Source: Girardia tigrina
Lineage: Eukaryota
Assembly (NCBI GenBank): GCA_001938485.1
Contig: MQRK01213424.1
Span: 1 to 64,000, forward strand
Direction of reading: 5' to 3'
DNA length: 64,000 bases
Part shown: one piece after another, positions 50,163 through 62,379 of the stretch
Layout of the letters: every line of letters starts with the position of its first letter
Position numbering within the stretch: position 1 is the first letter of the stretch
Program-made: the position numbers and the translations under genes
Notes under the pieces: generated by a model
Database searches by the model: none
The model's input: only the letters and a program-made list of their open reading frames with translations
Told to the model about the DNA's origin: nothing

Positions 50163-51270
50163 ACGGGTGCGCAGGCAAAATCTGGACATATGAAAAATGC
50201 ATACTATCAGTAAATTAAAAATAAATGGAACATCCAATCAAATTGCAGCATGAATCACAATGGGTAGGGGGTTTCTTGCATAATATTTCGTCGTCCTCTC
50301 GGCATTCATTTCCTCAGAAAAGACATGACAGAGCAACAGATCCGTGAGAGAGTTCGCAACTTTTGGCAGCTGAACTTTTTAAAAGGAAAAGCCTTCACTG
50401 TAAACCACTTTGTGAATGAAGGTTGTGCACGGTCTACCATCTATACGCTTTTCTCAAACCTCTCTAAGAGTTCAAATGTGCACAAGAAGCCAGGAAGTGG
50501 TGGCCACAATAAAAAGTTAACAAATCAACTGCGCGCAAGTATTTGGAGATTGATTCAAACAAAGCGTGGTGTATCTCTCAGACGTGAAGCCAGCAAGTAT
50601 GGTGTCTGTGGCACGACGATGAGGAATATTATCAAGGAAGGTGGTCTAAAATGCCGAAAGAGAAAGAAGGCTCCTCATTACACAGAGGAGCAAGTAAAGC
50701 GAGTGAAGCTGAGAGCAGGAATATTACTCCGAAGTTTGAGTGATAAAAAAATCATCATGAACGATGAGAGCTACTTCAAGTTGAAATGTGATTATCTACC
50801 AGGAAATGATCACTACTTTACTTCGAGTCATCAATCTGCTCCTGAACACGTCAAATATAGAACAGAAAGAAAGTTCCCTGTTCAGCTGATGGTTTGGCTT
50901 TCTGTCTCCGCAGACCACATCAGTGATCCTATATTTTTGCAGCGGCCAAACAGTGTACATGCCGATTTCTATCAAGAGCAGTGCATCAGACAAGGTCTGA
51001 TGAAGTTTATCAAGAAATATCATCGAGATGACGAAATTCTCTTCTGGCCGGACCTGGCTTCTGCACATTATGCCAACAGCACTCTCAAACTTCTCCATCA
51101 TCTCAACATCCCCTTTGCTGACAATGAGTGTAATCCTCCCAACGTTCCACACTGCCACCCAATTGAGAACCTTTGGGGCGCTCTAAAGGCGAAAGTGTAT
51201 GATGGAGGCTAGGAGGCTCAAACAATCCCTCAACTACAGCAACGGATTAAGAAAATTTTGAATAAGCTAC
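50163..51270 (+). mobile_element. DD37E (ITmD37E/TRT-type) Tc1 element, 3'-truncated
   Basis: ORF 50325-51212: IIMNDESYF...FWPDLASAHY...NPPNVPHCHPIENLW, with 37 residues between the second D and E. Premature TAG at 51210. Left TIR TA|ACGGGTGCGCAGGCAAAATCTGGACA. Confidence 0.88.
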
Positions 51271-51945
51271 ATGGAAGCATTCTTGTTATAGATGAGAAGT
51301 GGCTTTATTCCATCCCTATGCCAGCAAATGAAAATCATCGTACATGGGTAGACCCTAGTGGTGATGGGCAACCACAACCTAGGGGTATCATTATCGATAA
51401 AAATTTTCATATAATTGTGGCAATAAATTTTTGTGGTGACAATTATTTTGAGATCCTAGACTACGGCATAACAGTCAATACACATGTACATATTCGTTTC
51501 CTAGAAAATGTGGTCCAAATTTACTGACAGGGTACTTTGACGATTATGCACGATAATGCCAGTCCACAGTCAGTGAAATTGACAGAAACTTTTATGGAAC
51601 AAAATCCCATTCTGCGAATTCAACGGCCCTCCTGTTCTCTTGATATAAATTTGATAGATCTTTTCATATTTAGGAACATGGAAACGTTAAGAAGACAGCA
51701 AACATTCAATACTACTGAGCAAGTGAAACGTTTTTTGGAAGAGTTCTTTGGTAGACAAACCCGTTATAAACTAACTTGTGAGATCAACAAATTGCGAGAG
51801 AACCTAGGAAAAATTATATCATCTGGTGATGACTATTTATAATTAAATATGATTTCATAAAAGTTTTAATTTCTACTAGGCTTTTTGAATCTTTTGCAAA
51901 AAAAATTACGATGTAAGAAAAAACGCCGCTTTTCGGGTCCCTCTA
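51271..51945 (+). pseudogene. mariner-like (DD34D) transposase catalytic half
   Basis: VIDEKWLY...IMHDNASPQ...RPSCSLDINLIDLFIF...GDDYL*; internal TGA at 51525. Confidence 0.75.
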
Positions 51946-52497
51946 CATAGAAATGTATTCAGTCCACTGAATTGTACCAAGACAAATTGAATTATACGAC
52001 AATCTACTCCAGCAATGTGTTCTAAAATTTTCGTTGGAAATGTGTCTCACTTGAACTGAAAGAGTTATTTCTTGAAACAATTTGTAATTTTTAAGAGAAA
52101 ATGATTTATAAATTAGTTTAGTCGACACAATTACACACACCTTACTCTAACTGTCTCTATATTTCAAGCTTTAAAGCCTCTTCCACAATTTTAATAACTT
52201 AAGAAGTAATTGAATTAACTATCGCTGTTATCGAATTATCGTTATCATTGCTATTAGGTTCGTGGTTGTGTTCTGTTGAAAACTATGATGAAAACATTTT
52301 TGAAACTTAACATAATAACTCAACAATATAACATAATATTTAAACAAGTTTTGTTTCAGTAAATTTCTGAGTAAGACTTTTTCATTTTTCTTGCACAAAC
52401 CAATAACATCCAAATAAATTGTATATATAAATATAAAGTTTAATTAAATGTAAAGTTTTAATCAAAAAACACTGAAAGCCATTTTGCAAATTTTTTT

Positions 52498-52537
52498 GTA
52501 ATTAATTTCGGCGGATCACCCAATGCCATCTTCAGAC
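52498..52537 (-). ncRNA. Minimal type I hammerhead ribozyme motif
   Basis: GU CUGAAGA U GGC-AUUGGGUGAUCC-GCC GAAA UUAA UU|AC. Confidence 0.65.
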
Positions 52538-52800
52538 TAAATTAACATTAGTTTTTGCAGCTTATGTATGAAAATGGTGATTATGTAATCACTTATATCA
52601 TAAAGGCTCTATTTGAAAATAATTAAGAGAAGTTGAGTGTGAAGCTTGAATATTAATTTTTGGATCCATGAATTACAAACTTTATATTCAAGCTTCACAC
52701 TCAATTTCTTTGTTAAACATTTTCAAATAGAGCCTCTTGACATAATTGATTACACAATCACCATTTTCATATATAAGCTGCAAAAACTAATGTTAATTGA

Positions 52801-52840
52801 GTCTGAAGATGGTATTGGGTAATCCGCCGAAATTAATAAC
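52801..52840 (+). ncRNA. Minimal type I hammerhead ribozyme motif
   Basis: GU CUGAAGA U GGU-AUUGGGUAAUCC-GCC GAAA UUAA UA|AC. Confidence 0.65.
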
Positions 52841-53218
52841 GATAAATTCTAAAAAATGGTGTTCAGTGTTTTTTGATCAATAATATAATTTGCCGTTGTT
52901 TTTACATTCGTTAGTAAATGTAAATTTTATTATTTTTGAAATTATTTATTTAAAAAACTATAGTAAGTTATTCAAACTTCTTTTTTAAATATTTTTATCT
53001 TTAATTTAACGTAGCTTAATATTTAATTTTGTATTTTAAATATTGTTTTAATTTGTAAAAAGTAGTTTAGTTAAATTTTAATTCAAAAATTTAGAAGAGT
53101 TTCTTAAAATCCTCACAATTCCATTGTCAGAAGTTTTTGCAGAATAAGATTTAACCTGCACATGTAGTTTTATTTTTATGTACTCTTGCAAAAGACACTA
53201 AGAAACTGTAATATTTAA

Positions 53219-53438
53219 CCCTTTACTGACTATTGATGCCATATGGAATCATAATATATATCAGACTTGTATAGCCATCTATGAATGAATAGGGATAACA
53301 TTTTTTATTTAGATCGATAAGGAAGATCGATAAGAAGATATATTTGTTGTCAATTAAATTTTTACTCTAATTACTTTACTGCTTTCGCATATATTTTACT
53401 ACACACTTTTGGTGTGTTTAAATTCAGCCAGGAAAGGG
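53219..53438. mobile_element. piggyBac-type MITE (220 bp)
   Basis: TTAA|CCCTTTACTGACT ... AGCCAGGAAAGGG|TTAA. Confidence 0.75.
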
Positions 53439-53739
53439 TTAATAAGAAACATTATTTTAAAAACTGGCATAAATATTTTTTAAAAAATACAAAGTCAAGT
53501 AAGAAAAAATTACTAGGTTCGATTCATCATAAGATTAGTTGGGGTACATGTGCCTTGTTTCCAATTTCTGAATAAAATAGTAAAGTCATCTAACTCTTTC
53601 AAATTCACATTTGACTTTGATATTTCTTCCATTATCTAAATGATTGTAACACTCAACATATGAATAAAAATACTATTATACAGACAGTAGAAAAAATGAC
53701 AAAAAATCCAGTTATTTTTTTTAATTTTAAAAACAACAC

Positions 53740-54095
53740 TCATCCATTAAAAATATATATTTATAAACAATATATTTCGACGGTTCTACCGTCATCTTCA
53801 GGTCACTAATTAATAATCAATTCATCTGTATATAAATATTAAAATGATGATTATGTAATCGATTGCATGAAATCATGCTAATCAAAAATTTTCAATAAGC
53901 TGGTTGAGACTACTGATTGAACATTGATTTTAGGGCAACGTGACCTAATTAACAATGTTTCACACTACACTCTCTCCCAATAACTGTCAAAATGTTTACA
54001 CAGAATTTTGAAATTATCAAAATTAACATCTCATTTACATTTTTCTTATGTTCTGCAATATTACTCTCACTCTCTTTTCGACCATGTTCTTCAAA
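53740..54095 (-). mobile_element. Penelope-like element 3' fragment
   Basis: EEHGRKESESNIAEH...FDNFKILCKHFDSYWERV*CETLLIRSRCPKINVQSVVSTSLLKIFD*, followed by a pLTR with a hammerhead motif. Confidence 0.8.
53766..53804 (-). ncRNA. Minimal type I hammerhead ribozyme motif (best-formed copy)
   Basis: GAC CUGAAGA U GACGG-UAGAA-CCGUC GAAA UAUA UU|GUU; perfect 5-bp stem II and palindromic UAUA stem III loop. Confidence 0.75.
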
Positions 54096-54767
54096 ACATC
54101 AAACATTTAAAATATTTCGCAGAGGCACTTCGTAAATTAGACCTTATATCCATGGCCCCCTATCCTGGTGGAGAGGAAAATAAACTACAGCCCCAGGAAA
54201 CAGAGACTCATTTTAAGAGCTGTTAACACAAATTTGCCAACTATAAGAAATCATGATGGGGTGCTCCTCCAAATTGGATAATCAGCACAGAATTGTCATG
54301 AAGAGCGGTTTGATGAGGAATAAGAAGTTGTCCAAGGCACATTAACTCTTTTGCAAACAGCAGAACTCGAAACACTTATCAATGCAGGAGTAAAAATATC
54401 ATAACATTTATTTTCAGAAGAAATCCAGCACTGTTAAGCAATGGCCAATAAATGCTTTACCCTAATTGAAGTTGAAAACATATCTACAGCGCTGCAACGG
54501 AGTACTTTTGAAAGTAATATCGTCTTCGGTAACACTCACTCTTCAAAGCATACTTCCCGACAGGCTTATTTCTTTATACAACTTGAGCGTTTCAGCCCAT
54601 CGGACGAGCACCTCAGCAGAAACAGCCAACTCTCGCAATTAATTGAAAGGGAACCTACCAATTTGATCCTCGCAGTGCTGTGGTAGGATTATGTGAAGTG
54701 AAAGAAAGACGAGAAAGAAACCAAACCCTGGATATTTATTTAGAAAACGACTTTGTTGTCCATAATA

Positions 54768-56118
54768 TTGGGTTGTTGCATAAGTTACCGCCGTTTTTAA
54801 ACATTTATTTTCAAAGAAATCAAAGAATTTTAACAACCAAAATAATGACTCAGTTAATTATATATTTAATGAAATCATAAAATTTTAACAGCAAAAATAA
54901 TAACACTTCAATCANNNNNNNNNNNNNNNNNNNNNNNNNNNNNNNNNNTCCCATCTTTCCACCAGTTTGTTGATTCCATTTCGCCAGAAATCCTTAGGTC
55001 GAGTCTCGAAGAAGTTGTTGAGCCAATTCTCAAGATGATCCTGATTTTCGAAGCTAAGACCCCTCATTTAATTTGAAAGGCAGCGGAAGAGATGGTAATC
55101 CGTCGGGGTGAGGTCTGGGGAATAGGGAGGATGTTGAAGGACCTCCCAACCGTGCTCTTGGAGTGCCATCTTGACAGTTTTTGCGGTGTGTGGTCGAGCA
55201 TTGTCATGGAGGAGGATCACCTGGCCTTGTCGATCCCGTCTTTTTCGTTGAATTGCCTCATTGACTCGATGCAATTGAACTCTATATAGATTCTTTTCTA
55301 CTGTCATGTTCTTTCCAAGTATTTCTCAGTGGATTAGACCTTCCCAATCCCACCATACGCAAATCATTGTCTTCATCGGGTTCAGGTCTTGATCCTCGGC
55401 TTTGGCTTCTCTCCAGACTCACCCACTCTTTCCTTTGCTTCATATTCACATAGAGACACCATTTCTCGTCTCCAATGACGATTCTGTATAAGAAACGTTG
55501 CCTGTGGCCATGGGTTCCTTGGTGTCGAGCGAGATTTTGAGCAGCAATGGAAAGCCGTTTATCCTTCTGTTTTTGGGTGAATTTGTGCGGGACCTAAGTT
55601 CCAAGCTTTTGAGTGAAAACCATCGACTGAAGGTGGCGTGAAATTGTCGCAAAATCACAATTCATCTTTTCGGCCAATTCTCTGTATGTCTGGCGGCCAT
55701 CTTCCTTCAAAAGATCCCCGAGTTGGTCCTCGTCCATCTCGACTGGTCTTCCGGAACGAGGAGCGTTGTTGAGTTTGAGATTATCGTGTTTGAACCTGAC
55801 AAAGCAATCCCGAGCAGTTCTATCAGCTATAGCGTCCTCTCCATACACGGCACAAATATCTCTGATAGGTTCACTCGCTTTTTGATCTCGATTAAAGACG
55901 AAAAGAAGGAGGTGTCAAAAATGCGATTTTTTGTCGACTTGACAATCCATTTGATGGTTCTAAAAAAGACAAAAAATAAGATAGGCAAAAACGATTACTT
56001 TAATCTTGTAGAGCATAGCACGGGCTTTCTAATGGTATATAACACTTCGCCAAACACCAAAAAGTCTTTGTAGAACAAATAGTTTCATGTAACGGCGGGA
56101 ACTTATGCAACAACCCAA
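54768..56118 (-). mobile_element. Near full-length mariner element, frameshifted
   Basis: TIRs TTGGGTTGTTGCATAAGTT(A/C)CCGCCG with TA flanks. Motifs PRSGRP, *VPH, IVIGDEKW, LLHDNARPH and HPPYSPDLTPTDYHLF (DD34D). Confidence 0.93.
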
Positions 56119-57394
56119 TATTTTTAAAAGTAACAAGTATTGAAGTGATATGTAATATAAATTGTGTTGAACTGATCATAAAATGTTATGGGTCAAGTGA
56201 CATTTTCTTCTTTTAAATCTGAGAACACTTGATAGAAAAAACTGTTTGGAATAGGAAAACTCATTATAAAAATCAAGGTAAAATAACTATTTTCATCCAA
56301 GATAAAAAATTAGCGTATTTCGGCACATGACCACTCCAGATTGCTTGTGCATCCCCAGTTAAAATTTCTTAAAAAAAACCCTGGATATTCAGTTATTCTG
56401 TATTGAATCTCTTAACACCAGAAAACCTACTCCGACATTTCTTTGCCATCGCAACAATAACAGAGACAAATACAGCCGAGTCCATCGAGGCCGTCTTGTG
56501 GCACTTTCTAGATTGACTAAATGAGAACGATCGAACGAGCATGAGGGCGACCAGTGGTGCCCAGATCATTTTAATTGTAAATTCTAAAGTTTTCTCGATA
56601 CACCGATGTACGAACAGTTTAGGAGTGTGGATAAATATTCTTGTGTTTGTCACGCGCGCGGGTCTTATTCACTTGTGTCTACGTCCTAAGGAATTTAGAT
56701 TCTTATCTATATATTCAAAATATTTAATGACTGATATAGAATATGTGTTTCATGCCAAACATTATGATGAAAGGACAAATATTAATTATCCGGTTGTCTG
56801 AGGGAGCATTTATATGAGCTGGGTGCGCTCATCTCCTTTATTTCCATTCATAACAATACAAAAAGTAAACCACAAGTCCATAGTTTTTTTACAAGTCACA
56901 CTTCTTCAAATCAACAATTTAATTGAACCCCAATTGAAATCCATTCTGAAAGAGTCAATATTTTTTACTGAATCTTTAAAAGTGGGTTAACAGATTGGTC
57001 AAGTAATTTCAATCTATAAACCCGCTTTTATTAATAAATAAAATTAGAATAATATTGTAAAAATAAGCTGACAGATTAACTATATTTGCAGGAATTTATC
57101 ATCTCACTTTTAATCAGTAAAAGAAATAAATAAAAATAGTAAAATTTAGGATTAGTAAAATATATTTAATTCAACAACTAAAAACTCAGAGAAAAGGAAT
57201 GTATAGAATTGGTAACACATTTATCGAAAAGATAACTTGATTATACTTGGAATATATATAGATATATGATCTGATCTTGTAGTGATTTGGTTATTTGTAT
57301 TAACAGTATACCTGTTATACTATAAAATAAAAGGTTTAATATACCTTTTCTTTCCTTTCTTTTACATTCTTCAATAAAACTATTCAGTATTGTA

Positions 57395-58276
57395 TTATGG
57401 TGAACCAAAAGTCTTTCGTATTTTTATTAAAAATTTAAACATAATTTTAAACATAATTTTTAAACATACGACCATTTGGAACCAGCTCGAAGTGAATCAC
57501 GTCTTTGAAATTCCACCAAACACACAAAAGTGCCTTCCTTGAGAAACGATCTCTTTTCGCTACCGGTTTCACCATTTGTCCGGGGTCCAACCATTGATTT
57601 TGTTGGTCTGGATTACTGAAGTAAACCCACTTTTCATCGCAAGTTACAATTCGACGGATGAAACGGTCATCGCGCNNNNNNNNNNNNNNNNNNNNNNNNN
57701 NNNNNNNNNNNNNNNNNNNNNNNNNNNNNNNNNNNNNNNNNNNNNNNNNNNNNNNNNNNNNNNNNNNNNNNNNNNNNNNNNNGAAGGTGTCGTACAATGG
57801 ATGTTTGAGGAATATCGAGTTCGGCCGACAATCTGCGAGTACTTATTGACGGATTTGTCTCGACGGCTTCACGAATTGCTCCGGAATCTACGGTGATAGG
57901 TCGGCATGAACGTGCATTGTCTCCGAGGTCAATGTCGCCTTCGTTGAACCTTTTGAACCAATTTTGTGCAGTACGTTTTGAGACCACATTATCGCCTTCA
58001 ACTTCGCATATCTTCCTTGTTGCAGTAGTTGCGTTTAAGCCCTGTTTCCAGTAATGGCGTAAAAGAACAAGAATTTCAAAAATTTCCATGATTTTTCTAA
58101 AAGACCATAAAAATTATATTAACGACTAATTGGAAGTTTTAATATATATTGTGATAAATCAGTTCAAGAGCTTTAAAAACATATAACACATGTATGTAAA
58201 ATATCTTTATTTGGTAACAAGAAACAATTGAACAAAAAGACGTAGAAAATACGAAAAGATTTATGGTTCACACTAA
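57395..58276 (-). mobile_element. mariner element with 3' internal deletion
   Basis: TIRs TTATGGTGAACCAAAAGTCTTTCGTA / TACGAAAAGATTTATGGTTCACACTAA. HTH ORF 58089-57667; IVTCDEKWVYF...CVWWNFKDVIHFEL, then an abrupt junction to the TIR. Confidence 0.88.
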
Positions 58277-59959
58277 TAATAAATATATCAAAAATAAATT
58301 GTCTAACAAGTAGATAGTAATATCCTATTCAGAACACCAATATTGGTTTTCACACATTTATTTTCATCACAATTTGAATTATCTCGGCAAAACTTTCATA
58401 ATTTGACATCTTGCTAAATTGATAATTTTTTTTAATGTCTTGTTAATAAACAATTATTTGAACAAATTTTCATTTAAAATTATTTCCAGATTTTATTTTA
58501 AAAATTCTACTTTTATAATTTCGTTAATAATTTTATCTTAAAATTAATTTAATTTTAAAATGATTTTATTTAAAGAAAAATTTTATTTATTTAATCAATT
58601 AAAAAATAAGTTAAAAATTATTTACTTTATTAAAATTTTTAATATTCAAATTTTAAACGATTTAATATTTTTTCAACTTTTTTAATATCTTATTTTGAAA
58701 TTTAAAATGCAAACTATGCTCGAATAACTATTCATCACGAACATCCAAAATATCAATTTTCCATCTGGGTGGGAGAAACACATTTCCAGATACTTAACTC
58801 AACATATCAAAATAAAAATATTCCTTATAATCCTTATTATAATTCAAATCTAAATCGATATCGCTATAAGAATTTAGATTCGAAATTTATTATCATAAAT
58901 TATAATAATTATTATTATAAATAAATAATAAGAGTATTGTAGTGTATCCACTACTTCCACACAACATATATTATTACTTATATGAAATGTTTATATTGTT
59001 ATTATTTATATTTTATTTATATGTGTATTATATTTATATAATTTAAAATCATACTAATGTCATTATTATAGTTATTTTTCTTTGGTTTTATTTATATTAA
59101 TTTATACTTATTATCATATTTAGAATATTATTGCCACTAGGTAATTATTAAAAAAATCAATACAATTAATTGCTGTAACTGCATCAGATTCAATTCCTGA
59201 TTTAAAAACTCTATCACGAGGAGTTAATTCGTAGTCCAACTTATTTCGTTTCGTCACCAGAGATCAATCGCAGTACAATTAATTCATATATGTCACCGGA
59301 TCAAATTTGAGACCAATTCTCGCCGCAAATATTTATATTTGATTCTAAATTGCTTCCGAGATTCAGATATTCTTACCAAACTAACCACTATCAATTCAAA
59401 CTCGGTTCTAATACAAATTCATCAGAGGAACCTCCGTCTTATATAACTGTAACATATGTTTCAATCTGCATTTTACAATATCAGTTAAAACGGATTAACG
59501 TCAGAACTTATAATTTAGCAGATAATCTCTCTCACCTCACCTCTATCAGGACCTTGCGTGATCATCCTGATATCTGTGTCTGTTTTTCATCCCTTCATAA
59601 TTGTCATTTATATATTTCATCGTTACTTTAAATTATATTTTTGTTAAAATATCTATCACTTATTTATGATTATTAAAAGCAAGTTAATAGATTGTGATAT
59701 ACTGGTATAATATGTCAACTCGTTTTTAACAAGTATATATGCACATATAAATATATTCACCCGTCTGATTTAGACCTCCTATGGTAAGTCTCATTAGATG
59801 AGACTGAATAAATCCTTATTAATAATAATTATAAATATATAACATAAAGATACTAATGACAGAAGCACATTACAGAATCTAATAAAAAGGATAAATATTT
59901 CAGAAATTGATTCTGGTGTTTAAATAAATATACAATTGAATATATATTCCAATTCTTAC

Positions 59960-60284
59960 ATAGCCAAACGTATCTTCATCATCGATGTTATTTTTAGTAT
60001 TATCTATCGTAAAAATTCTTGAAAAATCTGCTTCTTGTTTTAGATACACGTTTTCCATTATATTTTGATAGGTTTCGATAAATCTATCATTGAAATTACA
60101 GGCATTTAACAAATAACTCTAAATAAATCGATCAAAATTTTTGCTATTAACAAAATTATTTAAACATTTTTCTTTTTCAGATTTTCACGTATCTGTTCTG
60201 GAGACGATTTAATGTAAACTATAAAATTAGGTCGCCATAATTTCGGAATTGATTCAACACGAAACAAATTGAACATTTTGTAGG
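59960..60284 (-). pseudogene. Two spliced exons resembling NDUFA10 (deoxynucleoside kinase-like complex I 42-kDa subunit)
   Basis: Exons 60284-60166 and 60118-59960 (47-nt GT-AG intron, phase 0) read YKMFNLFRVESIPKLWRPNFIVYIKSSPEQIRENLKKKN|SYLLNACNFNDRFIETYQNIMENVYLKQEADFSRIFTID. This resembles the dNK-fold PxLVIYLD...IKxR...YL region. Flanking exons were not found open. Confidence 0.5.
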
Positions 60285-60540
60285 CTGAAAAAATCATTTT
60301 AATAAAAGAAGGGAAAAGTTATGCATAAAAATTCAATGAAATTTTAAAAATTCAGAAAATTACTTTTTTACCCGACAATGAGATCCGTTATAATAGAATC
60401 ATTGTACATCAAATGTTTGAAGTGTTGGTCTAGATTGGAGTGTTAGCCATCAGAAGCTTAAATTTACTGTTTTTTTCGAAAGTAACATGAGGTTCATATA
60501 ATTCAATTCATATAATTAAGGGTTTGCTTCAATGCAATTA

Positions 60541-60580
<40 letters not shown>

Positions 60581-61626
60581 TGAAAACGTTTGTGTCCATA
60601 AATACAATATCTAATCTGAATTGCTTTGTTGATAAATAACTTGAAGTTGAATATGTAACCACTGTCAATTGGAAAATTTAAAATTAATAAATTTAACGAA
60701 ATGAATAAATATTTTATAATGATAGTGTTATTCCGCTATTTATATTAAAAATAAAATTTATATAAAGTATAACATGTTTAAAATAGGTGATCATCATTAT
60801 TATTATATCCTGATTAATTAAAAAATTAAATAATAAGTTGTCCAAAAAAAAATAATTATTAACAATCGTAATTCTATTTTTGATGGCTTTTAAGTGTTTT
60901 AATGAGTTTTAAAGCAATGGATTAATTTTATACTACGTTAAATACTTGTTCAAATATTAACATTTCGTTCTCATATTTTAACTCAAGAAGAATCAATCTA
61001 ATTTTACAAAATCTAATTTTCCCTTTAAATTCCCTTTGAAATTTTGAATTTTATGTTTGAAGAATGACAATATAAAAACTTTTATATATTAACTTACTGA
61101 CTAGCATGCATCGTTCAAAAATCTCAAAGCCAGTATTATCATTTAGAAATAAAAATTTTCACGCTACATAACTGTTCAATCTCCCCTGGAGGTAGTGTTT
61201 CCGCCAAAACACTTACTTATTCAAAAAACCATTGATTTTCACTTGGAAAACAGAATAAAATTTCCATAAAATCAACAGGTTCAAAAAATTATTTATTTTA
61301 TTTTGAAATAAAAGAACAGAGAAAAAACAAAGAAAAACACTTTTGACAAACAAAACAAAAGACGAACTGTGCATTAATGTCTGTATTCTTCTTATAATTT
61401 GTATGTACTGAATATATACTTAATACTTCGTTACAATATCAGTTAGTCAAAAATCTCAGTAATTTTAGGGATGGCTGGTGAATTATTGCCACGACTGTAC
61501 ATGCACTTTCTTCCACTCTAAATCAGAGCGGATACTGACGATGAAGCAAATTTATCATAAAGAAAACAAAGAAGGGTTTTTAATTGATTAAGAAGGAAAT
61601 TATTTTCCCAGTGGAAAAATTTTTCC

Positions 61627-61679
<53 letters not shown>

Positions 61680-62379
61680 NNNNNNNNNNNNNNNNNNNNN
61701 NNNNNNNNNNNNNNNNNNNNNNNNNNNNNNNNNNNNNNNNNNNNNNNNNNNNNNNNNNNNNNNNNNNNNNNNNNNNNNNNNNNNNNNNNNNNNNNNNNNN
61801 NNNNNNNNNNNNNNNNNNNNNNNNNNNNNNNNNNNNNNNNNNNNNNNNNNNNNNNNNNNNNNNNNNNNNNNNNNNNNNNNNNNNNNNNNNNNNNNNNNNN
61901 NNNNNNNNNNNNNNNNNNNNNNNNNNNNNNNNNNNNNNNNNNNNNNNNNNNNNNNNNNNNNTTTACAGGATACTGATATTTTCGTAATGTTTCAATTTTA
62001 ATTTATAACCCTAACTTTTCTCCTTTACAGGATACTTGAATTTTGCCCTATATTATTAAAAATCAAATTTACCGTACATTATGTCTTCTAAACTTTCTTT
62101 GAGTAATATTTTGTGAGCTATGACTGAAATAACTATTGCTTATATACTAAATTTTCCTAACCTTGGAAATTGAAAAACTAAAACAAATCTTAAAATATTT
62201 TCAAATATTTATAAATTTCATAAAAATAATTATTATAATAATCAAAAAATTATTAAATTTAACTAGAATATTATTTTTAATTTTTTATTATTATTTTTTT
62301 TTAAATTAAATTTATATTTTACGGAACCCCAACATATATATATATATATATAATATAATATTTGAACATGAGAGTTATT

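Larger units (their letters stand above)
52461..52877. repeat. ~190-bp-arm imperfect palindrome formed by two inverted Penelope 3' ends
   Basis: Arms 52461-52653 and 52684-52877. The left arm (minus strand, plus spacer) reads DPKINIQASHSTS and the right arm IQASHSISL; each arm carries a hammerhead motif. Confidence 0.88.

Noticed and set aside
54570-56360. Further hammerhead-like strings (minus strand CUGCUGA...GAAAC at ~54585-54620; CUGGGGA...GAAA at ~56318-56360)
   Set aside because: Invariant core positions are mutated and stem I cannot be formed; at best dead relics.
59174-59627. Possible solo LTR (TGTAAC...GTTACT)
   Set aside because: No matching TSD and the right terminus is ambiguous.
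18272-61976. YIYIYI-type ORFs (18272, 24990, 25027, 29116, 61584) and hydrophobic AT-rich ORFs (e.g. 21302, 30783, 36869)
   Set aside because: Translations of (TA)n microsatellites, N gaps or T-rich non-coding DNA.
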